Positions 58,297 to 64,000 of a DNA stretch of 64,000 bases are shown here, one piece after another. How positions within the stretch are numbered: position 1 is the stretch's first letter; each line of letters starts with the position of its first letter. The notes beneath the pieces were generated by a model that saw nothing but the letters and a program-made list of their open reading frames with translations, was not told the DNA's origin and ran no database searches. The DNA is from Veleropilina oligotropha (Eukaryota), in the NCBI GenBank assembly GCA_048128005.1, contig JBEUKZ010000084.1, positions 124,001 to 188,000 of the forward strand, written 5' to 3'. Made by a program: the position numbers and the translations under genes.

Positions 58297-59267
58297 GCAG
58301 GTCTCAGCTGCGACCTTGTGAACCCATGCTTTGAGAATGCCGTGTAGTAGAGCGCGGGTTGGTGGGGTTCCGATACGCGATGGCGAATCGGGTAGGGCTT
58401 ATGTGTCCACCATGGATCCGTTGCGCGACGGCGCCCGGTATCTTTCGGGTCTTCTTCGTTTGTGGTGAGATAAACCATCATGCCGATCGGTAACAGCGTT
58501 TCGGGTGGGGGTGGTTTGGACGCCACTAGCGGAACCTGTGACAGTTTTGCTGCCTTCACTGGAGGAAGACCAGTCAGTCGTGTTGGCGTCGCATTCATGT
58601 CTGCTACTACAGCTTTAAGAACGGACACCCACTGGTGGTTGTCCCGGCCGCTGTTCAACTCTTCATGCGCTTGCTTCCTGAAGAGTCGTTCAGCTAGCCA
58701 GCGGTTGAATGACTCAACAAATGCCTGCAATCGGTGATGACCCGGCGAAGTGCGTTGTATATCGACCCCGTGCTTCCTTAGAAGAGTGGATGCTTCCCCC
58801 TTGAATTCGTGCCCGTCATCCACCATCAGCGTTTTTGGCCAAGTTAAGTGGTGGGGGTTGGTCTTGTAGATGTCGGCAAACGCCTTAGCTACTTCGCTGG
58901 CCGATTTCGATGTTAGTGGTCTGGCAGCCTTGTAGCGAGAGGCCCCGTCGACCAAGGTCAACGCATACTTGTACGTTTTACGGCCGACCTTGTCATGTGG
59001 GAGATAGAGAAGATCGGCCTGGTGGAGGACACCGGGCCTGTCCTCTGTGAAACGGGCAAATACCTCTCTAGGGGGTTTCGTCTGCATGTACCGACCAACC
59101 TCCTGTGTCGACATCCACGCCCGGATTCTTTGTATTGAGGCTGCACCTTTTGGAAGCCTTGAGTGCAGAGCTGATACGCCCTGGAACCCCCCATCTGCGT
59201 AGTAGTACATGCGGAGGGTTTCGTCGAGTTCTTTAGCCATCAAGGGCTTCTGTCTCTTCGCTGCCAT
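58293..59267 (-). CDS. Retroviral-type (rve, DDE) integrase
   Basis: HQADLL, LTLVDGASRY, MVDDGHEFKG, FVESFNR; intact 324 aa. Confidence 0.9.
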   Translation of the reverse strand: MAAKRQKPLMAKELDETLRMYYYADGGFQGVSALHSRLPKGAASIQRIRAWMSTQEVGRYMQTKPPREVFARFTEDRPGVLHQADLLYLPHDKVGRKTYKYALTLVDGASRYKAARPLTSKSASEVAKAFADIYKTNPHHLTWPKTLMVDDGHEFKGEASTLLRKHGVDIQRTSPGHHRLQAFVESFNRWLAERLFRKQAHEELNSGRDNHQWVSVLKAVVADMNATPTRLTGLPPVKAAKLSQVPLVASKPPPPETLLPIGMMVYLTTNEEDPKDTGRRRATDPWWTHKPYPIRHRVSEPHQPALYYTAFSKHGFTRSQLRPA

Positions 59268-59496
59268 CGAGGCTTGCGAGGTATTCCAGCAACGTGATCA
59301 GTCTCCAACAGGCTTCAGCGACCGGCTCCGGAAGCTGCCCAGTCGTCGCCCGTAGGTTGGTCGGGCCTGAGAGCACCATGACCGCGAACCGCACCATAGT
59401 CTTTTCGTTGCGCCGCCAGCAGTCGAGTGACGTCGTACCAAGGGCGGCAAGGCCCACCTCTTGCATGGCAAAGTACAGCTCTTCTGGGAGCCCCAT
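59233..59496 (-). CDS. Small hypothetical viral protein (MGLPEELYF...)
   Basis: Fills the gap in a tightly packed minus-strand gene run. Confidence 0.4.
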   Translation of the reverse strand: MGLPEELYFAMQEVGLAALGTTSLDCWRRNEKTMVRFAVMVLSGPTNLRATTGQLPEPVAEACWRLITLLEYLASLDGSEETEALDG

Positions 59497-59546
59497 TATT
59501 ATACATGCCCCCGGTGAAAAAAATGTCCAAACCGGAAATAATAGCA

Positions 59547-59978
59547 CTTAGGCGAGCTTGTAGGCTAACAGCCCGGTCGCAGCCATCCCCAGGATGACGA
59601 AGGTGAGCTCTCGCTTTTTTGGTCATCGCTCGGCGTGTAGTAGTCCGACAGGGCGGGCTCAGGGCCACCCCCCAGGGCGGCGGGGTCAAGGTGCTTGCCG
59701 GTGATCAATGCATACTCACGGATCGCGGCGTCAACATCCCGGAATGTGCCAATGGCATGACCCTGGCAGCGAAGTTCGACGTTGAGCCAGTCGAGACGCT
59801 CTGCCCGCTTTTGTGACCATTTAGTCTGAGCGGCCTGGAGCTGCTCTATGGCTTTGTCGTGGCGTTTACGCTCTTCATCAACACCGGAGCTGCGTAGCTT
59901 CGAGAACAGGAAGTTTGACCCGCTGAAGGCGAGGGCGTTGACGAGAGCGCCCCCAACCAGCATCGCAATGGAAGCCAT
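59547..59978 (-). CDS. Small putative membrane/virion protein (MASIAMLVGGALVNALAFSGSNFLFS...)
   Basis: Hydrophobic N-terminus and coiled coil; adding one base in the T6 run at ~59615-59620 restores a C-terminal TM helix (FVILGMAATGLLAYKLA*). Confidence 0.6.
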
Positions 59979-60008
59979 TGAAGTGCTGCGATTATCTAGC
60001 AGGTCCCA

Positions 60009-60248
60009 CTACTTCAAAACGTCGGCCGGAATCATGCCTTGCTTGATCAGCATGTCCTTCGTCGCCATGGCGAGCGCTATGTCGAGGACGACCATCCCCA
60101 CGTCGTAACCCGTGAAGTCCAGCTTGGGGCTGACCCCCTTGAAGGCCATCTTTACCAGGCGTGAGTAGCCAATGGCAAGGCCTGACACTATGGCCGAGTG
60201 ATAGACGGCATTGCCGAGCATCTTTCCATCAGTAATCGGGGTAGTCAT
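60009..60248 (-). CDS. Small hydrophobic viral protein (79 aa)
   Basis: Intact ATG-to-stop ORF in the gene run with two hydrophobic segments. Confidence 0.6.
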   Translation of the reverse strand: MTTPITDGKMLGNAVYHSAIVSGLAIGYSRLVKMAFKGVSPKLDFTGYDVGMVVLDIALAMATKDMLIKQGMIPADVLK

Positions 60249-60285
60249 GTTGTACTGCTACTATCGCATATCGAAAGGGTTGGGC

Positions 60286-60831
60286 CTAGTCTCCAATTCG
60301 GTGGTGGGGGTGGGGTGGGCCGGGGGGGTAGGCCCTTGGGGGGGGCTGCCTCGCCGGTGCTGGTGGCTGTTGATGTGGTGTGGATGGACCACTGCTGCGT
60401 TTCCAGACAAGGAATACCAACGCAACCCCGCCTGCAGCGAATAGTCCATGGGTCCAGTTAAATGGGTCCAATTTCCGTCCCACGCGAAAGTCATTTTCGA
60501 CCGCGGTCACCTCGGCCGGGGTATTACCACTGTGTTTGGGCTGTGCCTCCGGTAGGTCTGAAGGAACCGTGCGGGTGTCCTCTTTAAGTTTTCGAACCTG
60601 GGCAAGTAGCCTCTCCTGGTTGGCTTTCCTCGCAGCAGCTCCGGCCCTCCCTGCAGCCACATTCTTATGATCCTTTTTACTCACTGATGAGTCTGTCGAA
60701 GAAGAGGTCACCCTCTCTATCGTCTCTATCGGCTGGCTCTCCTTCGGCTGGCTCTCCTTCGGCTGGTCCATGTCCAGCATGGTCATCTTGATCTCGCTCT
60801 CGTGATATCTTGGGCGGGCAAACATGTCCAA
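60286..60831 (-). CDS. Hypothetical viral protein with basic helix, TM segment and Pro-rich tail
   Basis: KKDHKNVAAGRAGAAARKA; LFAAGGVALVFLVW. Confidence 0.55.
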   Translation of the reverse strand: MDMFARPRYHESEIKMTMLDMDQPKESQPKESQPIETIERVTSSSTDSSVSKKDHKNVAAGRAGAAARKANQERLLAQVRKLKEDTRTVPSDLPEAQPKHSGNTPAEVTAVENDFRVGRKLDPFNWTHGLFAAGGVALVFLVWKRSSGPSTPHQQPPAPARQPPPRAYPPGPPHPHHRIGD

Positions 60832-61453
60832 ATTGGCAGTGCTTAGCCATGGTCAGCGCGGCTGTCAACGGTGCCAGGTACATGCCGTACTGGTGATAAA
60901 GCTCACAGCTTGCAGTGCACAGCGCATGTGAGATGAAAGGGTCGGCCTCCAGGTCAGCGATCAGTCGTTGTTGGTTTTCCCGTGGAATGGGCAAGAACAT
61001 CCCAGCCGCCCCCGCATACAGGTGTATCGCTGCAGTCCCCAGGGTTTTCATCATCTCGGCGCCGAGCTTGGCTTCATACTGCGCGTGGTGTTTGTTGACC
61101 TCGTCATCGGTCATATCGTCGATCCGGTCCACTGTGAGGTTGCGCCCCAAGTATCTGTGGGCCCCTCCAACGGCTAGTGCGGCAAGCCTCTCCCGCTTCT
61201 TTGCCGTGCCTACGGAGTTACTGACAGGTTCCTGGTGCTGCAAGCAGCCATCGGGAGTCAAGCGGTTTCCGCAGGGGTGCCCTTCTTGTTCGTCATCCAT
61301 GAGTTGATCGATCAGGCTGTCCATCCTTAGGCGTTTCCAACATCTCCGCGCCGGTCTAATATAGCCGTACCACAACCAGAACCACCATGTTAGCAGTAGC
61401 AGCGACATCAGGCTCTGGCTGCAAGCAATGACTAGGTATACCGCGTCCGACAT
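60677..61453 (-). CDS. Hypothetical viral protein (258 aa)
   Basis: Intact ORF, helical core (YLGRNLT..IDDMTDDEV; DLEADPFI; YGMYLAPLTAAL). Confidence 0.6.
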   Translation of the reverse strand: MSDAVYLVIACSQSLMSLLLLTWWFWLWYGYIRPARRCWKRLRMDSLIDQLMDDEQEGHPCGNRLTPDGCLQHQEPVSNSVGTAKKRERLAALAVGGAHRYLGRNLTVDRIDDMTDDEVNKHHAQYEAKLGAEMMKTLGTAAIHLYAGAAGMFLPIPRENQQRLIADLEADPFISHALCTASCELYHQYGMYLAPLTAALTMAKHCQFGHVCPPKISRERDQDDHAGHGPAEGEPAEGEPADRDDREGDLFFDRLISE

Positions 61454-61484
61454 GCGAGAGCTTGCTCAGTAGATGCCTAGCTAG

Positions 61485-61859
61485 CTAAGTAGGTGCCAAG
61501 TAGATGCTAGGGCTAGCCAAGTAGCTTTCAACAGAAGCTTGGCGTGTCGGGTCTTGGCCAACAGCCGCGCAGTCGTCGATTATGTAGAGGGTTGATTCCC
61601 CCTGGAACAGCCGGTAGAACCCCCGCAACCAGTCATGGAGTCGCTCACCAGGGGGGATTATGTACACCTCCGGGTCAGTCCATATCCACGGACAGGACTG
61701 GTAGGCTTTGTTGTGCTTGATCGTGGGGCAGAGGATTACGATATGCCTGAACACGCCCCGATAGACTCCTTGCAACAGTTCAAGCATGAAAACCTTCTTC
61801 CCGCAGCCAGTCTGGCCACAGATGATTGCGGAGTGGGGGGTCGTGGGGTGCGGGACCGT
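61485..61859 (-). pseudogene. A32/FtsK-like packaging ATPase, truncated
   Basis: In frame upstream of ORF 61485..61787: PHSAIICGQTGCGKK (Walker A, T->K), IVILCPT, YIIDD (Walker B); first codon is ACG; recognisable sequence ends after DDCAA. Confidence 0.78.
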
Positions 61860-63164
61860 CTAGTACAGCGCGGTGACAAAGCGTCCATTCTCGATATTAA
61901 GCTGTGCATCCATTATCACGTACAGGTAAACGTTCAACGGGCCGGCTGCTTCACCCGTCTTAGTGATCTGAATGGTGATGCCCTCGCTGCCGTTATCTAC
62001 CTTCCGGCCTGACCCGTGCAGCTGATCGTCGTCGGTGACCCGCATGTCGATCCAAAGTGCGAACTTTTTCGTTAAGAGCTGGCCCAGGGTGACGTCTGCC
62101 AGTTCCAAATCCTTGGCAACCAACGCCACCTCAGGATGCCGCTTGCTGATCGGGGAGGAGGCGAAGAATTTCGTGGCTTCCTCCCATACCTGGTACGAAC
62201 GCATGCCCTGGCTGTAGATTTGGTTCGGGACCCCCTCGATGGTCACCTCGACCTTGGTGATTTTCGGATTGTACAATGCCTCGGTGTCCCTCGCGAATGG
62301 TGCTGCGTCTCTCGCGGGGTCCTCAAACAGCAGTAGGATACCTTTCATGGACCTCGCCGGAACGTTCAGGTTCAGATTCCACAGCGTGTCGCTCTTGTCT
62401 CGGGTGAGCTTACGATGCCGGAGCACACGGTCGTAGAGGATGGCGATGCGGCCCGAGTACTGGTTACGAATCAGCCTGGCCAGGTCGGCCTGGGTGACCA
62501 TGTCGTATTCCAGGCTGATATTGTCAATGCTGTAGCTGGAACCGGGGTCATCGGTGTCCCTGATCGTCCGGCTGTGGTCGTTGAACGTGAGCTCATATTC
62601 GAGACGGTCTCCCAGAGCGCTTTGGTAGAAGGGCATATGGCTTTCGAGAAGTTCGAAGTCCAGCGGGATGCGGAATCGAGGACCGTACGCGACCGAGATG
62701 GCCACGTCCTCAGAAAGTCTGAAGGCGTCCGTAGCACCAACACGGAGCTTCGTAGTGTTTTGTCCGTCGCTGGTATCAATCCCCTGGTAGTGGGCGCTAC
62801 TGCGTTCCTGGGGTGTCTTCCAGAGATCGCAGTAGCAGTGATACATGTCGGAATCGTCGATAGACATGATCTCGTTGCCGCTGATCTTGATCGTGGTCTT
62901 TTTGACCACGGCGCGTCCGATGTTCTGCACTACGGATCTGTTCGGGTTAGCCGAGGTCAGAAAAATGGTGAATGCGAGGTGGGCAGTCCCTGGAACGATC
63001 ACGTCATGAGCACCGAGATTGGGAAACCTGACCAGCAGCTGCTGGTTTGCGGCGATGGTGGATGGATTGTTCGTTATGGTGACGGACTGGCGGGTACCCT
63101 TGACCCCAAGAGGCTCTCGCAGTCTGCGGTATGGATCAAGCTTGCGTCCGTAAAGGCTGGCCAT
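61860..63164 (-). CDS. Candidate double-jelly-roll major capsid protein (434 aa)
   Basis: Size, alternating beta-strand pattern (FRIPLDF, LEYELTFN, ISLEYD, ITKVEVTIEG, ITIQIT, VYLYVIMDA) and position abutting the packaging ATPase. Confidence 0.72.
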   Translation of the reverse strand: MASLYGRKLDPYRRLREPLGVKGTRQSVTITNNPSTIAANQQLLVRFPNLGAHDVIVPGTAHLAFTIFLTSANPNRSVVQNIGRAVVKKTTIKISGNEIMSIDDSDMYHCYCDLWKTPQERSSAHYQGIDTSDGQNTTKLRVGATDAFRLSEDVAISVAYGPRFRIPLDFELLESHMPFYQSALGDRLEYELTFNDHSRTIRDTDDPGSSYSIDNISLEYDMVTQADLARLIRNQYSGRIAILYDRVLRHRKLTRDKSDTLWNLNLNVPARSMKGILLLFEDPARDAAPFARDTEALYNPKITKVEVTIEGVPNQIYSQGMRSYQVWEEATKFFASSPISKRHPEVALVAKDLELADVTLGQLLTKKFALWIDMRVTDDDQLHGSGRKVDNGSEGITIQITKTGEAAGPLNVYLYVIMDAQLNIENGRFVTALY

Positions 63165-63207
63165 GTTGTTGTCCGTATTTGATGCGTACCCAGGCGGTAG
63201 TATTCAA

Positions 63208-64000
63208 ATGTCGGAATTCGAGAACCCCGTGTTCGAGCCCGACAACATCGACGAGGATGATGAGGTTGGATCCACAGACGGGATTGTGCCGGCGCCACAG
63301 GAAGGAACCAGCGGTCTTCGGCAAGAGCTCGTTCAGACAGCGGTGGATGACTACTACAAAGCCCTGTCGGAGGAGGGGCAAACCCCTGCCACGGGGCGTG
63401 ATTATGCCCAGTTCGATTACGTGGGGGGGCGATTGCAGCTGAAGGCCTATCCAGACATCGATCTCATCAATTCTAGCACCGGTAAGCCCAAGGCTCTGGC
63501 AACACTAGCTGGCCGGCGTGGTGGGGGTAGTGCCATCAGAGATGGGCTGGGTTTCGTAGACTGGAAGCGGGGGGAGGGGGGCAGAAGAAGCTGGCCTCAA
63601 AAGCCGTCGCAGTATTTCAGACAGCCGACAATGAGTTGAGCGGTGCGGCCGCCAACGTAGACAACGTGGAACTGCGGGACTTGGGGCGAACCGCTACAGA
63701 TGCGGCATCTGCAATCCACACAATGGAGATGACCTTCACAGATGCTGAGGTTGATGAGATCTTGAGCACGATGGGGGACCCCCCATTAAATCTTCGTGAG
63801 CTTCGCGGGCTGGACAAGGCGATGCAGACCATTCGAGGCGAGCTAACCAACAACCTGGCCAAACTAACGGCGTTGGACGAACACATAGAGCTGGAGAAGA
63901 GGAAGCTCGATCAGGCAGATGAAGGAGGTGTGGAGGAGTTCGTTCGTCAACGAATCGCAGAACGTCTGCACGACCTAAATGATGAACGAGCAGCCCACCT
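63208..64000 (+). CDS. Long coiled-coil viral protein, partial, frameshift at the G-runs ~63569-63581
   Basis: MSEFENPVFEPD..; the second frame stays open to the window end (LRELRGLDKAMQTIRGELTNNLAKLTALDEHIELEKRKL). Confidence 0.6.

Larger units (their letters stand above)
53535..64000. mobile_element. Endogenous Polinton/Maverick-like (adintovirus-like) virus, right end outside the window
   Basis: AGTAGT terminus at 53535, abrupt rise in GC, G-rich terminal region, compact intronless genes: rve integrase, capsid candidate, packaging ATPase, PolB-like/helicase. Confidence 0.88.

Noticed and set aside
54295..63886. Many antisense or alternative-frame ORFs in the viral element and in the DIRS bodies
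   Set aside because: Shadow ORFs expected in GC-rich coding DNA; no motifs.

Overview
AT-rich genomic DNA from an invertebrate animal (inferred from spliceosomal introns and repeat types). (1) A complete 16-coding-exon TANGO6 gene lies on the minus strand (39285->5166, ~1121 aa as reconstructed by hand). (2) Its 17-kb third coding intron holds a three-layer nest: a ~1.3-kb element with 269-bp inverted ends, a full-length DIRS1-type tyrosine-recombinase retrotransposon (A, 20750-35636) inside it, and a diverged DIRS element (B, 28099-35585) integrated into the 5' ITR of A at a TAATA core that matches B's own predicted circle junction. A and B share three non-coding domains with compensatory base changes, i.e. 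candidate conserved RNA structures. (3) Two intronless AUH-like (methylglutaconyl-CoA hydratase, crotonase family) genes lie head-to-head with TANGO6. (4) From 53535 to the window end is an endogenous Polinton/Maverick-like virus: AGTAGT terminus, rve integrase, candidate double-jelly-roll capsid, truncated packaging ATPase, and a reconstructed ~1345-aa HEH + degenerate PolB + SF1 helicase + HNH fusion broken mainly at homopolymer runs. The rest is MITEs, tRNA-derived SINEs, LINE fragments, Helentron-associated elements with internal tandem arrays and a Penelope-derived hairpin. All protein identifications come from motif recognition, not database searches.
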